Part shown: positions 15,562 through 22,879 of the stretch, piece by piece
How positions within the stretch are numbered: position 1 is the stretch's first letter
Layout: the number at the start of each line of letters is the position of its first letter
From: an uncultured virus (IMG/VR IMGVR_UViG_3300046501_000595)
Lineage: Duplodnaviria; Heunggongvirae; Uroviricota; Caudoviricetes
Direction: 5' to 3' (one strand)
DNA length: 22,879 nucleotides
IMG/VR virus record: IMGVR_UViG_3300046501_000595
The notes under the pieces: model-generated
What the model was told of the DNA's origin: nothing
Database searches by the model: none
What the model saw: only the letters and a program-made list of their open reading frames with translations
Program-made: the position numbers and the translations under genes

Positions 15562-17395
15562 GGTCGCAGTAGTAGAATTTGGTGCCAAAGCGCACACAAA
15601 CAATGGGTTACAGGAAGATACCCGCCCTCGCGCTCAGCTGCCTATAGCAGCGTTGCAAAGCGAGGGTTCCATTGCGGATCTCTCCATAGAAGACCTAGGC
15701 ATCCGGGTCGACCTAATCCGTGAGCTGCGTAAGCTCCCGGCTGATGCTTTATCGAACATTCGTCACTTCCAGACTCAAGTCGGTTGCCTCAATCGCTGCG
15801 GTTTTTGCAGCCAGGGTGCCGGCAAGACGCTGTGGAATATGCCACGCCAGGCTCTGGCCAACCTCATCTCGGCACTTAAGACTGTGTGCCTAGAGAATGC
15901 ACTGGAGCGTGGTCTTATTAAAGCCGACCCGCTCGATGGCAACCATGTGTTTGCTGCTGATTTCGTCATGCCGGCGCTTGGCCTGCTCGGTGATCAGCGT
16001 AAAGACCGCCCCGGCGTGATCTATTGCTACCTGGATAACGATCCGGCTGCTTACCCGCACCTTGACGACATGATCCAGTGGCTGCATGAAGACCTGGGCG
16101 TCAAAGTCCGCATTGCCACGGTCGGCTACAGTCGCCAAAACCCGGTGATTCAGCAGATGCATGAGCGCATCAGCGAAGAGTTGCTCAGTGGTATCGCCGG
16201 GCTGCGTCTCTCCTTCTCCCCTTACACCTACGGCTGGACTGATATGGCCCAGAAGCGTGGTGAAGGTAGTCGTGATGAGTTCGAGCTGGACACCGCCACC
16301 CTGCTCTCTACCTACCGCAAGCTGTTCCTCGAACGCAAAGGCCGCAAAGGTGCGTGTATCGAGCTGCGCTTCCGGCCAATGATCACCACCGCCCCTGTTC
16401 ACATTGAGAACGTGGAGGGTCGATTGGTCATTCGCTGCGGGTCTTACCTCGTGGTGCAGCGCAATGCCGATGTGCTGAACGTCGCCAACATCACCGATGC
16501 TCGCTGCCACGGTAATGATCTCGATGTTGATGGTAGTCCCTGCCTGATTGTCCGGGCCGCACCTGAGCTGTTGGAGGTACCAGTCGCCGACGTCGTAAAC
16601 GCTCTGTTCCACGGTGGTCAGATGCCGTTTGTGCCGGAGAGCGTTTACGAAGGCCTTCTGCATCGGCTGCGTAATGACGATGGCGAGTATTTCTCGGTCG
16701 ACGCCGAGCGTACCAAGGCTGGCGTTTACTCCAAGTTCTTCTACCCGAAGACCGATGCACGCCCTAAAGCAGGAATGATCGACGGTGAGCGCTACCACTT
16801 AAACGCGATGATGGCTGCCAAGCTCCAAGGCCTCGGCTCCACATGGGAGCACGTTGACCTTCTGCTGGGTGGTTTGGAGGCAAAAGCCCAAGCCATTGAA
16901 GTGATCGACGCGGGCGAAGCCAAGTACATCCGTGAAGAGGTCGTCGGTCTGCTGCAAAGCTACGTGCGCACCCTCAAGCTGGCCAAGTACCCGAGCTACA
17001 CCTACTTCGACAAAGAACACTCGGTCGATACCGGGCACATCTGTAACCTGGGACGCGCCTACAGCGAGTACAAGGCTATTGCATCGCGCCCTGACCTTCC
17101 GCTTACCCCGAAGCACGAACGTGCCTTTGGGCCCACTGGGGAGCTTGCAGAGGAAGGTATCGCCTGGCGTCTTGCGGTGACTCCGCAGGATAGCGCCAAG
17201 AATGCACGCGGCGAGCGCAACACCTATCAAGAGCACCCTTCGATCCTGATCGAGAAGCTCGACTTGGCCATGACCGCCACCAGCACTGGGCAGTCACAAG
17301 CGCGCTACTTCATCCGGACTCAACCGATCCAGAAGATCACCCTCCAGGACTCGATGAGTTTCCCGGTGATCCCTGGGCACATTGCAAGGAAGTAA
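15554..17395 (+). CDS. Radical SAM enzyme of unknown function with a large C-terminal extension
   Basis: CxxxCxxC in TQVGCLNRCGFCSQ (aa 78-85), followed by barrel-like motifs YLDNDP, RIATVG, LRLSFS. Confidence 0.85.
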   Translation: MVEVAVVEFGAKAHTNNGLQEDTRPRAQLPIAALQSEGSIADLSIEDLGIRVDLIRELRKLPADALSNIRHFQTQVGCLNRCGFCSQGAGKTLWNMPRQALANLISALKTVCLENALERGLIKADPLDGNHVFAADFVMPALGLLGDQRKDRPGVIYCYLDNDPAAYPHLDDMIQWLHEDLGVKVRIATVGYSRQNPVIQQMHERISEELLSGIAGLRLSFSPYTYGWTDMAQKRGEGSRDEFELDTATLLSTYRKLFLERKGRKGACIELRFRPMITTAPVHIENVEGRLVIRCGSYLVVQRNADVLNVANITDARCHGNDLDVDGSPCLIVRAAPELLEVPVADVVNALFHGGQMPFVPESVYEGLLHRLRNDDGEYFSVDAERTKAGVYSKFFYPKTDARPKAGMIDGERYHLNAMMAAKLQGLGSTWEHVDLLLGGLEAKAQAIEVIDAGEAKYIREEVVGLLQSYVRTLKLAKYPSYTYFDKEHSVDTGHICNLGRAYSEYKAIASRPDLPLTPKHERAFGPTGELAEEGIAWRLAVTPQDSAKNARGERNTYQEHPSILIEKLDLAMTATSTGQSQARYFIRTQPIQKITLQDSMSFPVIPGHIARK

Positions 17396-17398
17396 GCT

Positions 17399-17980
17399 AT
17401 GAGCGGAAAACTGATCGTCATCACCGGCCTTGACGGCTCTGGCACCTCATCATTGGCGGAGCAGCTGTCCGCCCGTGATCCAGGATCGCGAGTTGTTAGA
17501 ACTCCGGACTCCCCTTTTGACGCATGCCGGGAAGTCATCGACCTGCAGGTACGCCACAAGTCCCAGGCGGCGCACTACCTGTTCTATCTCAGCAGCGTCG
17601 TCTTTGCCTCAACCGAGATCGAAGAGCTGCTCAAGACCGGTAACGTTTACTGCGTTCGCTACCTGATCGATACCGTTGTCTCGCACCGGGCCGCAGGCCT
17701 GAACGTGGATCTCAACTACGACAGCGAATTCTATTCGATCAAAAAGCCTGATCTGACCATCATGATTGGTATCGACGAGCAGGTTCGGCAGAAACGGATC
17801 TCCGCCCGTGTCGGTGGCAAAGGCTTCCTCGACAAGCTGCTCGACGATGACGAGCGGCGTGCGCGTTTCCACCAAGAGTTTGAACGTCTTGCTCACCATT
17901 ACGTGACCATTGAAAATGATGCGTCGAATATCGAAGTCGCCCTGACGGCGGCTATGCAACACATGCCGTGGATCAAATAA
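17399..17980 (+). CDS. Thymidylate kinase/CMPK2-like NMP kinase fold protein with a variant P-loop
   Basis: LIVITGLDGSGTSS, LFY, VRY..DT..SH, KPDLTI, R.KRI..R. Confidence 0.82.
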   Translation: MSGKLIVITGLDGSGTSSLAEQLSARDPGSRVVRTPDSPFDACREVIDLQVRHKSQAAHYLFYLSSVVFASTEIEELLKTGNVYCVRYLIDTVVSHRAAGLNVDLNYDSEFYSIKKPDLTIMIGIDEQVRQKRISARVGGKGFLDKLLDDDERRARFHQEFERLAHHYVTIENDASNIEVALTAAMQHMPWIK

Positions 17981-17983
17981 GAC

Positions 17984-18484
17984 ATGTCAAAGCGCTTTTA
18001 CCTTTCCCGTAAGGGCCTGACCCGCCTTTCGCAGCAGCGCGACCAGCTGCGGGAGGATCTGCAGCGTTCCACCAAAGAAATGGGTGAGTCCGTTAAGCGG
18101 GACAACGACCTGCGGGAAAACCCGGAGTACATGCAGCTCCAGACGAAGGTCAGCTACGAGCTGCCGAACAAGATCTCCGAGATCAGCCGTATTCTCGACA
18201 CACACATGCTGATCGAGGACATCGACGCGATCAAGGAAGGACACTTCGACGAGGTACTGCCGGGCATGCAGGTAGTGGTCGAGGACGAGCATGGCGCAAG
18301 CCGTACGTTCTCAATCATGGGCTACGAGGAAGGCAATCCGGCCCTAGGCATTGTCTCCTACCTGACCCCGGTTGCTAACGCCATGCTCCACAAGGGTATC
18401 GGCGATGAAGTGGAGTTGCCCCACAATGGCAAAGCTGTCCCCTACGAAATCATAACTATAGGGCGCAGTCCTCATCTTGATTGA
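17984..18484 (+). CDS. GreA/GreB-family transcript cleavage factor
   Basis: YLSRKG...coiled coil...NDLRENPEY acidic tip, FSIMGYEE.NP..G.VSYLTPVA.AM..K..GD.V. Confidence 0.9.
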   Translation: MSKRFYLSRKGLTRLSQQRDQLREDLQRSTKEMGESVKRDNDLRENPEYMQLQTKVSYELPNKISEISRILDTHMLIEDIDAIKEGHFDEVLPGMQVVVEDEHGASRTFSIMGYEEGNPALGIVSYLTPVANAMLHKGIGDEVELPHNGKAVPYEIITIGRSPHLD

Positions 18485-18627
18485 AGGCTCTAGCGTCAGC
18501 CTTTGGTGCCATTCGGCGGGTAGTTTCTGATCCCGCTTGCCCATCGGGGTGGGTGCACTATATTGATGCGTACCAGTGAACCCCATCCTGGGATTGTGGC
18601 AATCGGTCATCCGCTGAAAACCACGAG

Positions 18628-18662
18628 AAAATGCCGCCAAATCACAAAGGCGGCATTTTTTT
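18628..18662 (+). terminator. Intrinsic terminator of the rSAM-kinase-Gre operon
   Basis: AAAATGCCGCC-loop-GGCGGCATTTTTTT. Confidence 0.8.
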
Positions 18663-18721
18663 GTCCATAATTTTCGCTGTAAAGTATTCCGCCTCAGGAG
18701 CAACCAGGTTAAGAGAACGAT

Positions 18722-19195
18722 ATGGCACAGGAAAACGCGGTAACGCGAACGTCGAAAATCAGGAGAAATCCCGACCGAGTTCCGCCGACTGATCATCAGG
18801 TCAATGCCATGATGAAAAGCATCCAGGCAGTCGGAAAGATTCTCAAGCCAATTGACGTCATCCCTGTGGGCGACGGCTATGAGATCGACGACGGCGAGGT
18901 TCGTTGGCTGGCCGCTATCGGTCTCAAAATGGATATAGTCCCGATCAATGTGGTGGATGTCGACCGTGAGGTGAGCGCCATAGATTCGATCATCATGAGC
19001 ACGGCTAGTGAAGAGCTCGCGCCATCTGATGTCGTCAGTAATCTTGAAGCACTCGTAAACGAGTTCGGTGAAAATGCTGCCGAATTGGTTTATGAAAAGC
19101 TGGTGGTTCTTCAGGGGTACACCGCATCAGCCCCCGAGCTACGAGACAGAATCATCGTGCTTTTGAGCAATTGCGGGATCACTGCCGAGGTTTAA
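18722..19195 (+). CDS. ParB/Sulfiredoxin N-terminal domain protein
   Basis: IRRNP...SIQAVGKILKPIDV...YEIDDGEVRWLAA...VPINV; no evident HTH. Confidence 0.75.
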   Translation: MAQENAVTRTSKIRRNPDRVPPTDHQVNAMMKSIQAVGKILKPIDVIPVGDGYEIDDGEVRWLAAIGLKMDIVPINVVDVDREVSAIDSIIMSTASEELAPSDVVSNLEALVNEFGENAAELVYEKLVVLQGYTASAPELRDRIIVLLSNCGITAEV

Positions 19196-19211
19196 AGCGA
19201 GTGCCCAACGA

Positions 19212-19607
19212 TCAGACCGGAAAAGCGAGGCTCAACTGGTAGTTGGCATGGGCCTCCAATAGATACTCCCTCACAGCCTCATCGTCGCTGTCGCACCCCC
19301 TGCCGGCGCCTAGCGCTTCAGCATGCATGGCCTTCAACGCAAGCTCGCCAGCCGCCCCGCCATCGAGTGCATCGATGCTCTTCCAGGTAGAGAGGTCAGC
19401 TTCGTCCATGTACCGGTATGGGTCGGCCACCATGCCACAGTAAAAGCCTCCCTCTGAACCCCGGACAAGTGCTTTGCAGTTCTGGTCATTACCCAAGGTC
19501 ACGCCCAGCTCGCAAACCTTCGCGATGCAGCAGATTCCGCACCCATTGCACGGCTGGCCGTAGACCGGCTTGTCGAGTGTGACGGAATGAATCAGGTTCC
19601 ACTGCAT
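19212..19607 (-). CDS. Cys-rich putative Fe-S/Zn cluster protein
   Basis: PCNGCGICC....C...C.AL...YCG...GRGCDS; ATG 19607 preferred. Confidence 0.7.
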   Translation of the reverse strand: MQWNLIHSVTLDKPVYGQPCNGCGICCIAKVCELGVTLGNDQNCKALVRGSEGGFYCGMVADPYRYMDEADLSTWKSIDALDGGAAGELALKAMHAEALGAGRGCDSDDEAVREYLLEAHANYQLSLAFPV

Positions 19608-19818
19608 GGGGTGACGTCTTGACCTCTGATTGAACGCAAAAGCCTCGTTTCCGAGGCTGTCACACATCTTCTCATCAGGTGCACATCACATCAACAGATT
19701 CGCTGACCGATGGGCTTATAAGCCGACAGAGTTCATCGTTTTCGCATCCGATGGATTTACCTCTTTATGAGCCTCAAATAGCCTTTGCGCATCATATATA
19801 GGTATTCAGTTTGATTTA

Positions 19819-20283
19819 ATGTCAATTTTAAGAGATTCTTCAATTCAATTTTCGGTGAACAACGGCATGGACAGAATAAAACAGGCTTGGATCGACACCA
19901 CATTCGAGGCCATTGAGTCCTGCGAAGGGTACCTGACCATTCAAGACTCCGGCGCCGGCGAGTTTAAAACCTTGGCCAACTGGATTTACTTCGCTGAGCA
20001 GAATCCCTACGGGTTTATGCCGGTGGGCTGGGAGACCGCTAAGGGCACTGCCCAAGGCTTTAAGCTCTTTCTGGACACTCTCCATCGGGCAATGCTCAAT
20101 GAGGGCAACTGGTGTTTCGTAGAGCCGCAGATTCACAGTAGCTTCCTGGTGCTTGGGGTAGATAACCATGAAGCGGAGAAGATCCAGGGCATCGTCGACA
20201 AGAAGATTGGATTGCCTTATCGCCGACCCTTTGAGGTTCACCAGGATGTGGTTCGCTTTATCAAGCAAGTCTCCAACCACTGA
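19819..20283 (+). CDS. Hypothetical protein
   Basis: 154-aa ORF with protein-like composition; start may be ATG 19867. Confidence 0.65.
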   Translation: MSILRDSSIQFSVNNGMDRIKQAWIDTTFEAIESCEGYLTIQDSGAGEFKTLANWIYFAEQNPYGFMPVGWETAKGTAQGFKLFLDTLHRAMLNEGNWCFVEPQIHSSFLVLGVDNHEAEKIQGIVDKKIGLPYRRPFEVHQDVVRFIKQVSNH

Positions 20284-20397
20284 CCTGTGCCTGGGCTGCA
20301 TACCGGTGACCGGTTGAAACAGCGTTAGCCGGCTTAGCCGGAGATGCGACTGCACTGCCCACGCTATCGACCGCTTGAGTCCGACCAATATCAATGG

Positions 20398-20967
20398 CTA
20401 AAGCTCTAGACCGCTGATCTCATGGTCATAACTGGGTTTTTGCACAACCGCGATTTTGATCTGCTGTGCGTTGAAGGCAACATACTGATCATATGACCGG
20501 GTCTGCCTTTGACCGGCATCCATCCCGGAAAAATCGGTCACCCCCTGCAAAATCATGCCATCAAAACCCTGCATTTCTAACGAGTAGGCAAGATTGTCAA
20601 TGCTCGTCCAGTCGATCTCGCCAACTTCATCACCAACTAGGGTGAGGAGCTCTGCAGCTGAGATGACTCTCGGGTTCTTCATGGACAGATAAACCGACAT
20701 AACCGTAGGGTCACCGTCATGGCCCTCTCGGGCGTACTGAGAACAGGCGTAGGCCATTGCCGCATCCCAGTCACAGGTGAAATAGGCTGGAAAGGTATCA
20801 AACACGCTGAAATCATTCGGGGTTCCGTGGAAAACCACCATCGGCGCCCCGGCTTCAGTTACCACCTTACTCCCATCAAACCATCGCCTGAAGGAAGGTA
20901 GATCCGTTCTGATTTGTCTGGTAGCCAGATCTTGGTTGGCTGACGACATATGGACATTTTCCAGCAT
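20398..20967 (-). CDS. ART-PolyVal-like ADP-ribosyltransferase-fold protein
   Basis: [11 protein letters not shown]...G.PMVVFHGT...F..F...YFT...A..YA...VYLSMKNP...GFDG...[10 protein letters not shown]. Confidence 0.82.
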   Translation of the reverse strand: MLENVHMSSANQDLATRQIRTDLPSFRRWFDGSKVVTEAGAPMVVFHGTPNDFSVFDTFPAYFTCDWDAAMAYACSQYAREGHDGDPTVMSVYLSMKNPRVISAAELLTLVGDEVGEIDWTSIDNLAYSLEMQGFDGMILQGVTDFSGMDAGQRQTRSYDQYVAFNAQQIKIAVVQKPSYDHEISGLEL

Positions 20968-21173
20968 TTAATTTCCACATTATGACCTGCGGAGACCGAT
21001 ATTTTTCAAGGATAAACGTACGACCCGGTCTCAGATTTGAGCTCAATGCATACGTATCCCAACGGATACTTGATCGATCAATCTGGGTGCTGCCCACCTG
21101 TCATTCGGCTGGATTTATTTTTGATTCAATGAGAATCTGGAACGACTGTACTACCTCAAGGACGCTGAAAATC

Positions 21174-22490
21174 ATGCTGTTTAAAGGCTTCAAAAACAGG
21201 ATCAACACCCTGCAGCAAACAGTCGCCCAGCAAGCCAGCCTCCTTGCGGCCATCAACCATTCCATGGCAGTCATCGAATTCGACCTGGATGGCATCGTCC
21301 TGGTGGCCAACGAAAACTTTTTCAAAACCACAGGCTACCATTCCGCGCAAATTGTAGGACGGCCCCACCGTCAGTTCTGCCCGCCCGAGTACGCACGGAG
21401 CGCTGAGTATCTGGACTTTTGGCGCCGCCTTAAAAACGGCCAGTTCGAATCAGGCACCTTTGAGCGCGTAGCTGCGGATGGTCGACCGATTTGGCTGGAG
21501 GCCAGCTACAGCCCAGTCAAAGACGAGAGCGGTAACGTCGTAAAAGTGGTCAAGTACGCCCTGGACGTCACCCTTAAGGTGCAACGCGAGTGTGAAGCCA
21601 AAGGCAAGTTGCAAGCCCTGGATCGCGCCATGGGCATCATCGAGTTCAATCCAGATGGGAGCATTGTCGATGCCAACCAGAACTTCTTGCATCTGGTCGG
21701 CTACAGCCTTGCTGAACTCAAGGGTAAGCACCATCGCCTGTTCTGCAAGCCAGCGCTGGCCGGCAGCAACGAATACCAGGACTTCTGGCGACGTCTGAAC
21801 AAAGGCGAGTTTTTCAGCGGACAGTTTGAGCGGGTCGGCAAACATGGGCAGACCCTTTGGCTGGAAGCCAACTACAACCCGGTGTACGACGCTCGAGGTC
21901 AGCTCTCCAAAGTGGTGAAGTTCGCCTCTGATGTGACCGCAAGGGTTGAGCAGCATGCCCAGGATGCTCGTAGCGCCAGCCAGGCCTATCACATCTCAGT
22001 GGAGACGCGACAAGCCGCTGAACATGGCACCGTCGTTATCCAGCAAGCGGCGAGCGAAATGCGGGACATCGCCGACAATATTGAAGGCTCGTCTGTCATC
22101 ATTGCGAAGCTCGGGGAGCGCTCCAAACAAATCACCACAATCGTCAACACCATTCGTGGGATAGCAGACCAGACCAACCTGTTGGCGCTGAATGCCGCCA
22201 TCGAAGCAGCCCGCGCCGGCGAGCAAGGCCGTGGTTTTGCCGTGGTGGCAGACGAAGTTCGGCAGTTGGCCGCTCGCACCAGCGGTTCAACAATGGAGAT
22301 TGCCGCTATGATCAACATGATCCAGAAAGAAACGCTGCTCGCGATCCAGAGCATGGATGGCACCAGGCAGCGGGCAACCTCCGGGGTCGATTTGGCCAAT
22401 CAGGCTGGCGCGGTGATCCAGCAAATTCGCGATGGCGCCAGCGAGGCGGTTCAGGCGGTGAGTATGCTGGCCAATGAGCGTGGTCAGTAG
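21174..22490 (+). CDS. Soluble methyl-accepting chemotaxis protein with two PAS domains (BdlA-like)
   Basis: Two MAVIEF..DG....AN.NF...WLEA.Y.PV PAS repeats, [34 protein letters not shown] hairpin, no TM; SD AAGGA before ATG 21174. Confidence 0.95.
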   Translation: MLFKGFKNRINTLQQTVAQQASLLAAINHSMAVIEFDLDGIVLVANENFFKTTGYHSAQIVGRPHRQFCPPEYARSAEYLDFWRRLKNGQFESGTFERVAADGRPIWLEASYSPVKDESGNVVKVVKYALDVTLKVQRECEAKGKLQALDRAMGIIEFNPDGSIVDANQNFLHLVGYSLAELKGKHHRLFCKPALAGSNEYQDFWRRLNKGEFFSGQFERVGKHGQTLWLEANYNPVYDARGQLSKVVKFASDVTARVEQHAQDARSASQAYHISVETRQAAEHGTVVIQQAASEMRDIADNIEGSSVIIAKLGERSKQITTIVNTIRGIADQTNLLALNAAIEAARAGEQGRGFAVVADEVRQLAARTSGSTMEIAAMINMIQKETLLAIQSMDGTRQRATSGVDLANQAGAVIQQIRDGASEAVQAVSMLANERGQ

Positions 22491-22686
22491 CGTTAACGGG
22501 GTCACTCGGTGCGGACTTTGGCCGGCGAGATCATAGAGACGATTAATGACCACCTGGCCAGAGCTCCCGAAGCTTCATCGTGTATCCGATACACGATGAA
22601 TAATACTAATAAGCCATTGAATTTGTTTGCTTTACAGTCTTGCAGCCTCGTAGGGTTGTGGCCATCTAGATCAGGAGATCGCCACC

Positions 22687-22879
22687 TTGCCCCGCCGCCG
22701 TCAGCACACCCGCCCCGCCATCAAGATTGATCGCTCGACCCTAGAGCAAGACAAGTTTCTGGATCTGTGCCAGCGGAGGGAAACACGGCTCACGTTGCAC
22801 CTGGAGGGGAACGTGCAACTAATTGGCGTGGTGCATAGGCATGACCGGAAATCGATTGAGTTTGGAGGCAAAAACCCTT
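22687..22879 (+). CDS. Hfq-like Sm-fold protein, truncated by the window end
   Basis: SD AGGAG before TTG 22687; LEQDKFLDLCQRRETRLTLHLEGNVQLIGVVHRHDRKSIEF aligns by eye with Hfq [40 protein letters not shown]. Confidence 0.65.
   Translation, partial: MPRRRQHTRPAIKIDRSTLEQDKFLDLCQRRETRLTLHLEGNVQLIGVVHRHDRKSIEFGGKNP

Noticed and set aside
15890..17236. Long antisense ORFs (302 aa and 145 aa) and similar shadows over hipA and the MCP
   Set aside because: These are typical antisense open frames of GC-biased genes with no independent signals
15554..17395. Calling the radical SAM gene rlmN, cfr or viperin
   Set aside because: Family-defining motifs are missing and the protein is much longer
17399..18484. 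Housekeeping tmk and greA assignments
   Set aside because: The sequences are divergent, the kinase motifs are altered and the context is accessory, so only family-level calls are made
1..22879. CRISPR array, IS element, integron cassettes or retron
   Set aside because: No regularly spaced repeats, transposase, attC-like sites or reverse transcriptase were seen

Overview
This window looks like accessory or backbone DNA of a large conjugative plasmid or similar mobile replicon, probably from a Pseudomonas-like host. That is inferred from gene content and codon style; no replication, transfer, integrase or transposase gene is visible. From left to right it carries a Fic/VbhA-type toxin-antitoxin pair, then a promoter-driven atypical tRNA-Ser(GCT)-like gene followed by a Pth2-type peptidyl-tRNA hydrolase. 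Next come stand-alone 'polyvalent protein' domains (three ART-PolyVal-like ADP-ribosyltransferase-fold proteins and a YodL-like protein), many sharing an acidic/Pro C-terminal tail, and an operon of small membrane proteins that includes three Cys-pair paralogs. Further on are a CoaD-CoaE fusion, a HipBA-like module, a ParB-N protein, a Cys-cluster protein, a dual-PAS soluble chemoreceptor and a truncated Hfq-like gene missed by the ORF track. The best candidate for an undescribed system is 13598-18662: a CapW-like WYL regulator plus a double-SIS protein, transcribed divergently from an operon of an unusual radical SAM enzyme, a CMPK2/thymidylate-kinase-like protein and a GreA-like factor. This may be a nucleotide-analogue-based defence system. 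All family calls are by eye from motifs; no searches were run.
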